Below, piece by piece: positions 1-9,827 of a DNA stretch of 64,000 nt. The stretch's first letter is position 1; each line of letters starts with the position of its first letter. The translations under genes and the position numbers were made by a program. The stretch comes from Candidatus Omnitrophota bacterium. Its GTDB lineage: Bacteria; Omnitrophota; Gorgyraeia; Tantalellales; Tantalellaceae. The notes under the pieces are model-generated. The model was not told where the DNA came from. It made no database searches and worked only from the letters and a program-made list of their open reading frames with translations. The stretch covers positions 54,904 to 118,903 of the forward strand of contig JAQUQS010000005.1 of assembly GCA_028715965.1 (NCBI GenBank). The letters run 5' to 3'.

Positions 1-2630
1 TCGCCGCAGATACCCACTTTAAGGTTGGGTTTGGTCTTTCTCCCTCTTTCGATACCCATCTTTATGAGCTGCCCCACTCCCTCCTCGTCTATTGACTGGA
101 AGGGGTCCTTTGGCAGTATGCCTTTTTCCAGATAAGGCACAAGGAAGTTCCCCATATCGTCCCTGGAGAACCCGAATGACATCTGGGTCAGGTCATTGGT
201 CCCGAACGAGAAGAACTCGGCTTCTTCCGCGATCTTATCCGCCGTAAGAGCCGCGCGCGGGATCTCTATCATCGTACCGATCATCACCGGGAGCTTTTTC
301 ATGTTGTATTTGCCCAGCACTTCTTTCATGACCTTCGCGATCACGGCTTTCTGCTCGATTATCTCGCTGACACTGCTGACAACCGGTATCATTATCTCCG
401 GAGCCACTTTCTTCTTGGCCTTTACCAACTCAGCCGTCGACTCGAGTATGGCCCTTACCTGCATCTCGGTCACCTCAGGATAGGTCACACCCAAACGCAC
501 CCCGCGGTGTCCCATCATCGGGTTATTCTCCTTGAGCGCCGCGATCCTTCTTTCCATGGTCCCCATATCTATGCCGAGCTGTCCGGCAAGTTCTTCCTGC
601 TGTTTCCTCTCATGCGGCACGAACTCGTGAAGGGGAGGATCAAGCAGCCTTATGGTGACCGGCAGACCCGCCATAGCCTCAAGCGTGCCCTTTATATCCT
701 TTTTCACATGCGGGAAAAGCTCGTTAAGAGCGGCTTTGCGCTCTTCCACGCTGCCTGAAAGTATCATCTTGCGTAATTTGGAAAGAGGCACTTCCGCCCC
801 TTCCCCGTAGAACATGTGCTCGGTCCTGAAAAGACCTATGCCCTCGGCCCCAAAAGCCCTGGCCTTCCTGGCATCCTCTGGGGTATCGGCATTTGTCCTG
901 ACCTTCATCTTACGCACAGCATCGCATATCTTGAGGAAGTCATTCAGTACCTTGTTCTCTTTTGTTGCGTCGATCATCGGCACCTGACCGGCGTAGACAA
1001 CGCCCTTGGTCCCGTTCAGCGTTATCCAGTCGCCTTCCTTAAGGGTGACTTTCCCCGTCGTAGCGGTCTTCGAGTGATAATCCACTTCAAGATCACCACA
1101 CCCCACTATACAGCATTTTCCCCAGCCTCTCGCGACAAGAGCGGCATGCGATGTCATACCCCCACGCGATGTGAGTATAGCGCTGGCCGCCCTCATGCCT
1201 TCGACATCCTCAGGATTGGTCTCCTCACGGACCAGTATGACCTTTTTACCGTTCTTCGCCCATTCGACCGCGTCATCGGAACTGAAAACGACCATTCCCG
1301 CGGCTCCGCCCGGACCGGCCGGAAGACCTTTCGCTATCGGGGTTATCTTTTTCTCTTCCATCGGGTCTATTATCGGGTGAAGAAGCTCATCGAGCTGCGA
1401 CGGTTTTACCCTCATGACAGCCGTTCTCTTGTCGATAAGACCTTCCTTGACCATATCTACCGCCATCTTGACAGCCGCCGGACCGTTACGCTTACCGTTC
1501 CTGGTCTGGAGCATATAAAGTTTCCCTTTTTCAATGGTGAACTCCATATCCTGCATATCGCGGTAATGTTTTTCCAACTTCCTCTGTATCTGGAAAAGCT
1601 GCTTGTAGAGCTTCGCGTTCCATTTTTCCAGTATTTTCTCGTGTTTATTGTGCTCACTCTGCGAGTTCGTGTTTATCGGAGCCGGCGTACGTGTCCCGGC
1701 CACAACATCCTCTCCCTGGGCGTTCACAAGATATTCGCCGTAGAACTTGTTCTCTCCGTTGCCCGGGTTCCTGGTGAAAGCTACTCCGGTAGCGGAATCC
1801 TCACCCATGTTCCCGAAGGCCATTGACTGTACGTTGACCGCCGTACCCCATTCGTGCGGGATACCTTCGATCACACGGTAGGATATGGCCCTTTTCCCGT
1901 TCCATGAACGGAATACCGCGCCGACACCGCCCCAGAGCTGTTCTTCCGCGTCATCCGGGAACTCTTTGCCAAGCACCTCTTTGACCTTTTTCTTATACGC
2001 GTCACAAAGTTCCTTCAGGTCGGCTGTGTCCAGATCCGTATCCAGGGTCACTCCCTTTCTTTTCTTCACGGCATGCATCAACTTCTCAAGCTGCTGGCGT
2101 ATCCCCTGTCCTTCTTTCGGCTCAATCCCCGCGGCCTTTTCCATTACAACGTCGGAATACATGGTGATAAGACGCCTGTAGGCGTCGTAGACGAACCTTT
2201 CGTTACCACCCGACATCTTGATCAGGCCTGCCATGGTCTTTGACGTAAGGCCCACGTTAAGGACCGTCTCCATCATACCCGGCATGGACTGGCGCGCGCC
2301 GGACCTTACGGAAACAAGAAGAGGATCAGCGGGATCACCGAACTTCTTGCCCATGATCTTTTCCGTTTTTTTCATCGCCGCCGCCACCTGGTCCTTTATC
2401 CCGGCGGGATATTTACCGTTGTTCTTGTAGAACGCCGTGCATACCTCGGTGGTTATGGTGAACCCGGCGGGAACCGGTATGCCAAGACCTGCCATCTCTG
2501 CAAGGTTAGCCCCTTTCCCACCAAGAAGGTTTTTCATGCCCGCCTTTCCTTCGGCCTTTCCGCCGCCGAAGAAATAGACCATCTTTCCGGCTTTAGGACC
2601 AGCCACTTTCTTTTTGGCTTTCGTTTTCAT
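1..2630 (-). CDS. ppdK: Pyruvate, phosphate dikinase (3' end beyond window start)
   Basis: Minus-strand translation from the ATG at 2630 gives MKTKAKKKVAGPKAGKM..VYFFGGGKAEGKAGMKNLLGGKGANLAEMAGLGIPVPAGF, the PPDK N-terminus. A GGAGG RBS sits upstream. The reverse-complement of nt 1-60 reads ..LKVGICG, the PPDK C-terminal region, so the gene continues past position 1. It is absent from the ORF track because the stop lies outside the window. Confidence 0.9.
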   Translation of the reverse strand, partial: MKTKAKKKVAGPKAGKMVYFFGGGKAEGKAGMKNLLGGKGANLAEMAGLGIPVPAGFTITTEVCTAFYKNNGKYPAGIKDQVAAAMKKTEKIMGKKFGDPADPLLVSVRSGARQSMPGMMETVLNVGLTSKTMAGLIKMSGGNERFVYDAYRRLITMYSDVVMEKAAGIEPKEGQGIRQQLEKLMHAVKKRKGVTLDTDLDTADLKELCDAYKKKVKEVLGKEFPDDAEEQLWGGVGAVFRSWNGKRAISYRVIEGIPHEWGTAVNVQSMAFGNMGEDSATGVAFTRNPGNGENKFYGEYLVNAQGEDVVAGTRTPAPINTNSQSEHNKHEKILEKWNAKLYKQLFQIQRKLEKHYRDMQDMEFTIEKGKLYMLQTRNGKRNGPAAVKMAVDMVKEGLIDKRTAVMRVKPSQLDELLHPIIDPMEEKKITPIAKGLPAGPGGAAGMVVFSSDDAVEWAKNGKKVILVREETNPEDVEGMRAASAILTSRGGMTSHAALVARGWGKCCIVGCGDLEVDYHSKTATTGKVTLKEGDWITLNGTKGVVYAGQVPMIDATKENKVLNDFLKICDAVRKMKVRTNADTPEDARKARAFGAEGIGLFRTEHMFYGEGAEVPLSKLRKMILSGSVEERKAALNELFPHVKKDIKGTLEAMAGLPVTIRLLDPPLHEFVPHERKQQEELAGQLGIDMGTMERRIAALKENNPMMGHRGVRLGVTYPEVTEMQVRAILESTAELVKAKKKVAPEIMIPVVSSVSEIIEQKAVIAKVMKEVLGKYNMKKLPVMIGTMIEIPRAALTADKIAEEAEFFSFGTNDLTQMSFGFSRDDMGNFLVPYLEKGILPKDPFQSIDEEGVGQLIKMGIERGRKTKPNLKVGICG

Positions 2631-2731
2631 TTCTCTCAACTCCTCCTTTTTACCCTCTTCGTAAAAGCCTGATGTATAGTGTCAACTCAACAACTATCAC
2701 GCCTGGCAAAGTATATATACGTCCGGACAGA

Positions 2732-4081
2732 TCAGAATCCCAGCCTGCCCTTCATGTACTCCTTGATGTTGGACGTGTCCACCCTTTCCTGCTCCATGGA
2801 ATCCCTTTCACGTACGGTCACTTTGTTGTCTGAAAGGGAATCCACATCGATAGTGACGCAGAAAGGCGTGCCGATCTCGTCCTGCCTGCGATAAAGCCGC
2901 CCAATCGCGGCGGTATCGTCATAGACCACCCTGTAATCGCCCTTAAGGTCTTCCCTGATCTTATGGGCCATTTCAACTATTTCCGGTCGATTTTTCAACA
3001 AAGGTAATACGGCTATTTTAATCGGCGCCAGTTTTTTGTCCAGAGATAAATACACTCTCTGTCGGTCTTTGACGGTCTCTGTCCTGTACGCGTCGAGCAG
3101 GAAAGCAAGGACGCCTCTGTCCACCCCGCCGGAAGGTTCGATGACATATGGGGTGTACTTCTCTCCTGTGGCGCTGTCAAAGTACTGAAGCTCCCTGCCA
3201 CTTATCGTTGAGTGCTGCCGAAGATCATAATCCGTCCTGTTGGCGATACCTTCGAGTTCCGACCACCCCATCGGGAAAAGATACTCAACATCATGGCACC
3301 TTTTGGCATAATGCGCCAGCTCGTCCTTATCGTGTTCGCGGAGCCTTAGCTTCTCCTTCTTTATGCCCAAGGAAGAATACCATGAAAGCCTTTCATTGAC
3401 CCAGAAATCGTACCATTTATCGTCATCTCCCGGCTTAACAAAGAACTCTAGTTCCATCTGCTCGAATTCCCTGCTGCGAAAAGTAAAGTTCCCTGTAGTT
3501 ATCTCGTTACGAAAAGACTTCCCTATCTGGGCCACCCCGAAAGGCGGTTTGCGTCTCGTGGAAATAAGTACGTTCTCGAAATTCACGAATATACCCTGGG
3601 CCGTCTCCGGCCTGAGATATACATCCACCCCCTGTCCCTCAAGTGACCCGACCTGTGTCTTGAACATGAGGTTGAAGCTTCTGGGTTCCGTCAGGGACCC
3701 TCCGCAATCAGGGCATTCTTTCTTCTTGAGGTGATCTATCCGGAACCTCTTTTTGCACTCCATGCAATCGACCATCATGTCGGCGAACGAACCTACGTGC
3801 CCCGAGGCCTTCCATGTCTCCGGGTTCATTATTATGGCGGCGTCCAGGCCCTCTATGTCGTTCCTGTCATAGACCATGGCCTTCCACCACTCGCGCTTGA
3901 CATTGTTCTTTAGCTCGACCCCCAAGGGACCGTAATCCCAAACACTACCTATGCCGCCATATATCTCGCTGCTCTGGAATATAAAACCGCGGCGTTTACA
4001 GAGATTGGCTATATCCTTGAGCTCTACGTTCACCATACTTCTGTCCGTCATAAAAACCCTTCTATTGTTGTACGATACCAC
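2732..4081 (-). CDS. glyQS: Glycine--tRNA ligase (class II, alpha2 GlyQS type)
   Basis: 449-aa ORF with ..KRRGFIFQSSEIYGGIGSVWDYGPLG.. and the class II core. The true start may be an internal Met (MVNVELKD, about 4036). Confidence 0.9.
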   Translation of the reverse strand: MVSYNNRRVFMTDRSMVNVELKDIANLCKRRGFIFQSSEIYGGIGSVWDYGPLGVELKNNVKREWWKAMVYDRNDIEGLDAAIIMNPETWKASGHVGSFADMMVDCMECKKRFRIDHLKKKECPDCGGSLTEPRSFNLMFKTQVGSLEGQGVDVYLRPETAQGIFVNFENVLISTRRKPPFGVAQIGKSFRNEITTGNFTFRSREFEQMELEFFVKPGDDDKWYDFWVNERLSWYSSLGIKKEKLRLREHDKDELAHYAKRCHDVEYLFPMGWSELEGIANRTDYDLRQHSTISGRELQYFDSATGEKYTPYVIEPSGGVDRGVLAFLLDAYRTETVKDRQRVYLSLDKKLAPIKIAVLPLLKNRPEIVEMAHKIREDLKGDYRVVYDDTAAIGRLYRRQDEIGTPFCVTIDVDSLSDNKVTVRERDSMEQERVDTSNIKEYMKGRLGF

Positions 4082-4829
4082 GAGCCTGCAAATGCTCGAT
4101 GAAACGCATGGATCTGGCCTGCCGACCCACGTGGAACGATATGAAGGCCTTCAGTATGCCTTCCATCTCCCGGCCCACTTCCCGGCTGACCTTTATGTGC
4201 CCCGTTCTTTCTATATCCCTGTTAAGTATGTTCTCCATGAACCTCAGCGTACCCCGGGAAACATGCGTCGCGGAACTCTTGCCCTCGGAGCATGAGGCGC
4301 ATCGTATACCGCCGCCCGCGACATCGAACACTACGCTCTCTCCCGGCGCGCCGCCACATACGATACACGTTTCCAGTTGCGGTCTCACCCCTATGGCTTC
4401 CAGCATCTTAAGTTCAAATATCCTGCCGGCCCTTCGGGGGCTTACGTCCGAAGCCAGCATCTTGAGGGATTTATCAAGAACTTCGTAAAGCGCCGGATTC
4501 GGGTCATAATCACTGGAGACCGTGTCTATTAATTCTATAAAATAATTGGCATATGTCAACCTTTCTATGTCGTTCCTGACAGGGTAATAGCCCTCGGTCG
4601 CCTCGCAAGCCGTTATCAGGTCCAGTCCCTTGCGGGCCTTTCGATAGAAAAGTAATGACACTTTAGTTAAGGCCTCGAAATTCCCCGCGAACTGAGGATA
4701 CGGGGCCCTAACTCCTTTTATGACCCCTTTTATCTTGCCGAACTCACTTGTATAGACCACGAGTATATAGCTGGTCTCTCTTAACTGGTATTTACGGAGG
4801 ATCACTCCTTCCGCTTTATGTGCGGCCAT
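4062..4829 (-). CDS. recO: DNA repair protein RecO
   Basis: 255 aa with the RecO N-terminal OB fold, a Cys4 zinc motif (CIVCGG..CASC) and the characteristic length. Confidence 0.85.
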   Translation of the reverse strand: MAAHKAEGVILRKYQLRETSYILVVYTSEFGKIKGVIKGVRAPYPQFAGNFEALTKVSLLFYRKARKGLDLITACEATEGYYPVRNDIERLTYANYFIELIDTVSSDYDPNPALYEVLDKSLKMLASDVSPRRAGRIFELKMLEAIGVRPQLETCIVCGGAPGESVVFDVAGGGIRCASCSEGKSSATHVSRGTLRFMENILNRDIERTGHIKVSREVGREMEGILKAFISFHVGRQARSMRFIEHLQARGIVQQ

Positions 4830-4865
4830 ACATGGGCTCTTTCATTTGTTAACCATACGACATGG

Positions 4866-5492
4866 TCATAGATCAGGTGGCGACACCGCGCCGCCGGAAA
4901 CTATGAGTTTCATCCCGTCCTCTACACTTATGTTCAGAAAATGCGCTTCCTCCCGCGGAACGATAAGGAATATCCCGCTCGTAGGGTTAGGCGTGGTCGG
5001 CAGGAACACCGCTATCGCCCCGTCGCCTGCCAGGGCCTTGAGCTCGCCTTTGGCGAACCCTGTGGTGAACCCGATGGAGTATATCCCTTTTCGCGGATAC
5101 TCTATCACTACAACGTTCCTGAACACCGTTTTCCCCTGGCCGAATATAGCTGAGAAGATCTGCTTGAAGGCCGCGTACACCCTTCCCATCACAGGTACTT
5201 TTATAAGGAGCCGCTCTCCAAGGGAGAATATCCGGTTTATGAAGATTATCTTGGCCCCCCATCCGATCAGGGCCATAGTGAATATGGCCAGCAGGAAAAC
5301 AAGGGTCTTCCCGATGAGCACATGCCTTCCGCCGCCTGTCGTCGCCGTGAACAATTCAAGTATTGGCTCCAGTATGGCATTATTCAGCCATTTGACCATG
5401 AAATTAACAAGGGCAATGGTCACCGCTACCGGCAGCAGGATAACTATGCCGTTAAAAAAGTTCACGAAGAACTTGTTCCAAATCTTCTTCAT
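4866..5492 (-). CDS. DUF502-family membrane protein
   Basis: The ORF runs 4866..5687, but conservation begins at the internal Met MKKIWNKFFVNFFNGIVILLPVAVTI.. (start about 5492). That start makes a 4-nt overlap with the upstream gene. Confidence 0.6.
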   Translation of the reverse strand: MKKIWNKFFVNFFNGIVILLPVAVTIALVNFMVKWLNNAILEPILELFTATTGGGRHVLIGKTLVFLLAIFTMALIGWGAKIIFINRIFSLGERLLIKVPVMGRVYAAFKQIFSAIFGQGKTVFRNVVVIEYPRKGIYSIGFTTGFAKGELKALAGDGAIAVFLPTTPNPTSGIFLIVPREEAHFLNISVEDGMKLIVSGGAVSPPDL

Positions 5493-6235
5493 AAATATCC
5501 GCTTCCCCCTAGTGAAAAAAGCTGAAAGATCAACAGCGTGATAAGCGCCCCCAGGACACTGCCCGCCACGACCTCGGCCGGCGAATGCACCCCCACGGAT
5601 ACACGGCTCCTGGCGACCACAAGCGCCATGAGGAATACCAGTATCGAGACCAGTCCGTTCCATGTCAAGAGTGATACTATCATCCATATCGAAAAAGCCA
5701 GGGCGGAATGGCCGCTGGGCATCCCTCCACGCAGAAGTGACCTTTCCTTTCGCATCACTTTTATGAAAAGCACTATCCCCACGACTATCAGCAGAGCGAT
5801 CAACGTAACATGCCAGGGGGATTGTTTTATCACGTTGAACGCCACCCCGACATGGGACGTTATCCGTCTGAAGAGCAGTATATACCCCACGATGAACGCG
5901 TTCACGGCACTGACGAACACAGCCCCGGCCGCTATATCCTTTATTATCTTCACCCTCTGGTCATATTCTCCGGTCATCATATCCACCATACGCTCAACGG
6001 CGGTATTGAACATCTCCGAAACAAGTACGAATGAGACCGCGAAACAAAGCAGCAGGAATTCCACGGATGAAAAATTAAAGTATATCCCGGCTATGAGCAC
6101 AAGGAACCCGGATAGAAAATGTATCCGCATGTTCCTCTCCGATTGAAGAGTATGCACTACCCCCTCAAGCGCGGTATTCACGCTCTGGAAAAAATTACGG
6201 TTATAGATATCTTTCAGCTTTCTTGAGTATTTCAT
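5489..6235 (-). CDS. dgkA: Diacylglycerol/undecaprenol kinase (DgkA) fused to a PAP2 phosphatase domain
   Basis: The N-terminal half has DgkA motifs (EMFNTAVE.., DIAAGAVF). The C-terminal half has PAP2 motifs (PSGH, SRVSVGVHSPAEVVAG). Confidence 0.75.
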   Translation of the reverse strand: MKYSRKLKDIYNRNFFQSVNTALEGVVHTLQSERNMRIHFLSGFLVLIAGIYFNFSSVEFLLLCFAVSFVLVSEMFNTAVERMVDMMTGEYDQRVKIIKDIAAGAVFVSAVNAFIVGYILLFRRITSHVGVAFNVIKQSPWHVTLIALLIVVGIVLFIKVMRKERSLLRGGMPSGHSALAFSIWMIVSLLTWNGLVSILVFLMALVVARSRVSVGVHSPAEVVAGSVLGALITLLIFQLFSLGGSGYL

Positions 6236-6650
6236 TTTCCTTCTTCTTCATGACGCGTTTTTTCGCGGGCGTAGTATCATCATATCCCGCGAGATGCAGT
6301 ATCCCGTGTATCACGTATAACGCCGACTCCCTGACGAACCCTGTATCGTAAACTTTCGCGTTCAAGGCCGCTTTGTCCGTGGATATGGCTATGTCCCCTG
6401 AAAGGAACCCTTCCCGCATATCCTTGCCCCGCGGGAACGCCAGCACATCCGTCGAGGCGTCGACATCCTTATATCGCCTGTTCATCTTACGCATCTCGCG
6501 GTCATCAATGAGCAGCACATTGATCTCCCCGCGCATCGGGCCGAGATCCTCCACCACGCATCCGGCCACCTTACGCAGCGTTGTCAGGTTGATCTTTTTT
6601 TGGGGGTTTTGGTTTCTTAGGTTTATTTTTGGCTCCGTCATCCCCGCCAT
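6201..6650 (-). CDS. ybeY: rRNA maturation RNase YbeY
   Basis: HGILHLAGYDD zinc-binding motif and DVLAFP. The start is taken at an internal Met (MAGMTEPK, about 6641-6650), which overlaps the 3' end of the upstream 7TM-HD gene. Confidence 0.8.
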   Translation of the reverse strand: MAGMTEPKINLRNQNPQKKINLTTLRKVAGCVVEDLGPMRGEINVLLIDDREMRKMNRRYKDVDASTDVLAFPRGKDMREGFLSGDIAISTDKAALNAKVYDTGFVRESALYVIHGILHLAGYDDTTPAKKRVMKKKENEILKKAERYL

Positions 6651-8841
6651 CCTTTTGTTTTTTCTCTTCATCCGGATATTCCGGACGAGCATGGAACACC
6701 CCCATAAGCACACGCGAGAAACTGTCCGCTATCTTGTTCATATCCTTAAGGGTAAGGTCACATTCATCAAGCTGTCCGTCGATGAACTTGTTGTTGATGA
6801 TCCTCCTGACAAGGTTACGTATGCTGGACGGGGTAGGATCATCAAGAGTACGGCTTGACGCCTCTACGGAATCCGCCAGAAGTATTATAGCGCTTTCCTT
6901 CGTCTGGGGTTTCGGACCGGGATACCTGAAATTCTCCTCGTTCACCACATTGCCGTCCTCGGACTTCTCCACAGCCTTCTGGTAGAAATAATATATAAGC
7001 CCGTCCCCATGATGCTGGCTGATAAAATCTATTATGGCTTTGCTCAGGTTGTGTTTCCGGGCTATCTCCGTCCCTTCCTTCACGTGCTTGGATATTATCA
7101 ACGCGCTCATCGACGGGGCAAGCTTGGAGTGTCTTGACCCCATACCCATCTCATTCTCCGTAAAATACTCAGGCTTGTTAATCTTGCCGATATCGTGATA
7201 ATAGGCCCCTACCCTCGCGAGCAGGCTGTTCGCCCCTATGGCATCGCATGCCGATTCCGCGAGATTGCCTACCATTATACTGTGATGATAGGTGCCAGGG
7301 GCCTCCATCGCCAGCCTTTTCAGCAAGGGATGATTAAGGTCTGATAGTTCGAGCAGGCTTATGTTGGTCGGTATCTTGAACCAGTGTTCATACACAGGTA
7401 AAAGCCCCATGACGATGAACCCCGACATCACTCCGCTGGCTATACCCCACATGCCATCCTTAAAGAAAAAATCCGGTTCCATTCCGTTTATCAGGCCGAT
7501 ACAGCTTATCGCCAGGAATTTGGCGCCGCCCGCGGCCAGACCGGCCCATAGTATATTCGCCCTTCGGCGCAGGCCCCTTAATGAGAATATGCCGACGATA
7601 GCCCCTGTCATAAGCACGAATAAAAGCTCGATACCTCCCCCTATCAGTAGAGAGATAAGTACACTCACCATCATCACCGAAAATATCGCTATACTGTGAT
7701 CTACAAGCACGGCTATCATCATGCCCATCGCGGCCAGAGGAATGAAATAACTGGGCTGGGGGGACCGGGTGACCAGATCCGCCACGACCACGGCCAGCAA
7801 CATGTTTATAAGTATCACCGCTACGTTCTTTGTGTCCTTCAAGACATCCACTTTACGAACAAGCAGGCTGTAGATGACAGCCGTAACGCCCAGGAGAAGG
7901 AACAAAAGAAGTACGCCCAGGAAAAACACAGGCGTGACCCCAGGGCGGAAGAACCTTCTCAGCTGCGAGAGCTGGGCTATGTGCCTGGGTTCAAGACGTT
8001 TTCCTTTCTCGACGATCAGCTCGTTCTTTTCAACGGCCCATATCCGGTACACCGGCGTGGAACGGGCAAGAGCCTCTTCTCTTTTTTCCTGACGCTTTCC
8101 CGCGTCCAGGAACAGGTTAGGGGTAAGGTTCGGCAGGATAACAGCGTTCAAGGCACCGCTTATACGTCTTTCGCCCCGGAACTCCCTGTAAAGATATTCT
8201 TCTACCGCCTTATGCGCCCCCCGTTCGGTCAGAAGCTGGTTACGCGCGCGTGTGGCTTCCCTGTTAGGATCGCTCTCGTATATCTTCACCTCGGAAGCCC
8301 CCGCATCGTCTATGGCCCGGGCATCTTCAGGGGAAACATACCCCATCCTGAATATCCTGTTGAGTATCTTTATGGACTTCTGCCTGAGCTTATGCGTATC
8401 CTTATATTCCGCGAGAAGCTTGATGTTCTTTTCCGAGATCTCGAAACTGACATCCTCTTTTATACGGGTCATATACCCGGACGCGTCCCCTCCCGATGCC
8501 TTTTCGTCCTCGATATTGTCGAACAGTACGTTAACGGAATTCTCCGCCCGGCGTTCTACGGACCTGTCCCTCCTGAAATAGAACGGGACTGCCTTCACCG
8601 CCGCGTCCTTTGCCTCAGCGGTCCTTTTTTCGTCTATATCCCATTGATACGTGAAATCATAAGGCGCGTATATGTTCTTCAAGGCGATATCGCCCACATG
8701 CATATTACCTTTATAAAGCTGCGGGCTCACGAACATACTGCCTATGGCCGCGACCATGAACAAAAAGATGAACAACACCAACAGGGCTTTGTCCCCCAGT
8801 ATGGAATCATACACTTTCCGCAAACGCTCTCTATCTATCAT
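6571..8841 (-). CDS. pgpH: 7TM receptor with intracellular HD hydrolase domain (PgpH/YqfF family)
   Basis: 756 aa. The N-terminal extracellular region is followed by 7 TM helices and a C-terminal HD domain (HHSIMVGNLAE.., YYHDIGK). The tail is Lys/Pro-rich and low-complexity. Confidence 0.8.
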   Translation of the reverse strand: MIDRERLRKVYDSILGDKALLVLFIFLFMVAAIGSMFVSPQLYKGNMHVGDIALKNIYAPYDFTYQWDIDEKRTAEAKDAAVKAVPFYFRRDRSVERRAENSVNVLFDNIEDEKASGGDASGYMTRIKEDVSFEISEKNIKLLAEYKDTHKLRQKSIKILNRIFRMGYVSPEDARAIDDAGASEVKIYESDPNREATRARNQLLTERGAHKAVEEYLYREFRGERRISGALNAVILPNLTPNLFLDAGKRQEKREEALARSTPVYRIWAVEKNELIVEKGKRLEPRHIAQLSQLRRFFRPGVTPVFFLGVLLLFLLLGVTAVIYSLLVRKVDVLKDTKNVAVILINMLLAVVVADLVTRSPQPSYFIPLAAMGMMIAVLVDHSIAIFSVMMVSVLISLLIGGGIELLFVLMTGAIVGIFSLRGLRRRANILWAGLAAGGAKFLAISCIGLINGMEPDFFFKDGMWGIASGVMSGFIVMGLLPVYEHWFKIPTNISLLELSDLNHPLLKRLAMEAPGTYHHSIMVGNLAESACDAIGANSLLARVGAYYHDIGKINKPEYFTENEMGMGSRHSKLAPSMSALIISKHVKEGTEIARKHNLSKAIIDFISQHHGDGLIYYFYQKAVEKSEDGNVVNEENFRYPGPKPQTKESAIILLADSVEASSRTLDDPTPSSIRNLVRRIINNKFIDGQLDECDLTLKDMNKIADSFSRVLMGVFHARPEYPDEEKKQKDGGDDGAKNKPKKPKPPKKDQPDNAA

Positions 8842-9793
8842 TGGAAGCCTCTTCCTCGCTCTTGTACACCTTTATTATCTCCTGTACCAGTTCATGCCTC
8901 ACGACATCCTCTCCTTTGAGGGTAACGAACTCTATGCCCTCTATCCCGGAAAGAAGGTCACTGGCGTGCACCAGGCCGGACTGTTTGCCTCTCGGCAGAT
9001 CGCTCTGGGTAATATCTCCGGTGATCACTGTCTTTGCCCCGAACCCAAGTCTGGTCAGGAACATCTTCATTTGTTCCCTGGTGGAATTCTGCGCCTCGTC
9101 CATTATGATATAGGAATCGTTCAGGGTCCGCCCCCTCATGAACGCCAGGGGAGCCACTTCAATTATCCCTTCCTCCATGTATTCCCTGGCCTTATGAGGC
9201 TCGACCATATCATAAAGCGCGTCATACAAGGGGCGAAGGTAAGGATTGACCTTTTCATACATGTCCCCCGGAAGAAATCCCAAGCTCTCCCCCGCCTCGA
9301 CCGCCGGACGCGTCAATATTATACGCGTCACCAGGTTCTTTTTCAGGGCGTTCACTGCCATCGCCATGGCCAGATAGGTCTTTCCGGTCCCTGCCGGGCC
9401 TATGCAGAAAACTATATCGTTCCTGCGGATCGCGTCTATGTATTTTTTTTGGCCCGCGCTACGCGGTGCTATATACGCGCGTTTGGAGCTGACTTCTATC
9501 CTGTCCAGGAAGATGCTGTTAAGAGCCATGCCCGGATCCTCGGCCTTCAATGAGTACCCCACGTCCCGGCTCGACAGTTCTCCACCCTTCCTTATCACAA
9601 GGAGGAACTCGTTGATGATATCCACGGCCTTTATCAGGCCCTTATCGTCATTCGACGTTATCTTGAGCTCGCCGTCCTTGAACGCGGTGGATACGCCTAA
9701 GGCTTTTTCGACCTTCCTGAGGTTCTCGTCATGCTTACCGAACAGTTTTCGGGCCTCAGAATCATCCGTGATGACAATTCTCTCTTCCTGCAT
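8831..9793 (-). CDS. phoH: PhoH-like ATPase
   Basis: GPAGTGKTYLA Walker A and the PhoH family core. Start chosen at MQEERIV (9793), which has a GGAGG RBS. The track ORF carries a spurious 41-aa extension. Confidence 0.85.
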   Translation of the reverse strand: MQEERIVITDDSEARKLFGKHDENLRKVEKALGVSTAFKDGELKITSNDDKGLIKAVDIINEFLLVIRKGGELSSRDVGYSLKAEDPGMALNSIFLDRIEVSSKRAYIAPRSAGQKKYIDAIRRNDIVFCIGPAGTGKTYLAMAMAVNALKKNLVTRIILTRPAVEAGESLGFLPGDMYEKVNPYLRPLYDALYDMVEPHKAREYMEEGIIEVAPLAFMRGRTLNDSYIIMDEAQNSTREQMKMFLTRLGFGAKTVITGDITQSDLPRGKQSGLVHASDLLSGIEGIEFVTLKGEDVVRHELVQEIIKVYKSEEEASNDR

Positions 9794-9827
9794 ACCTATT
9801 CCTCCAGCCCCTGAAGTCTTTAAACGG

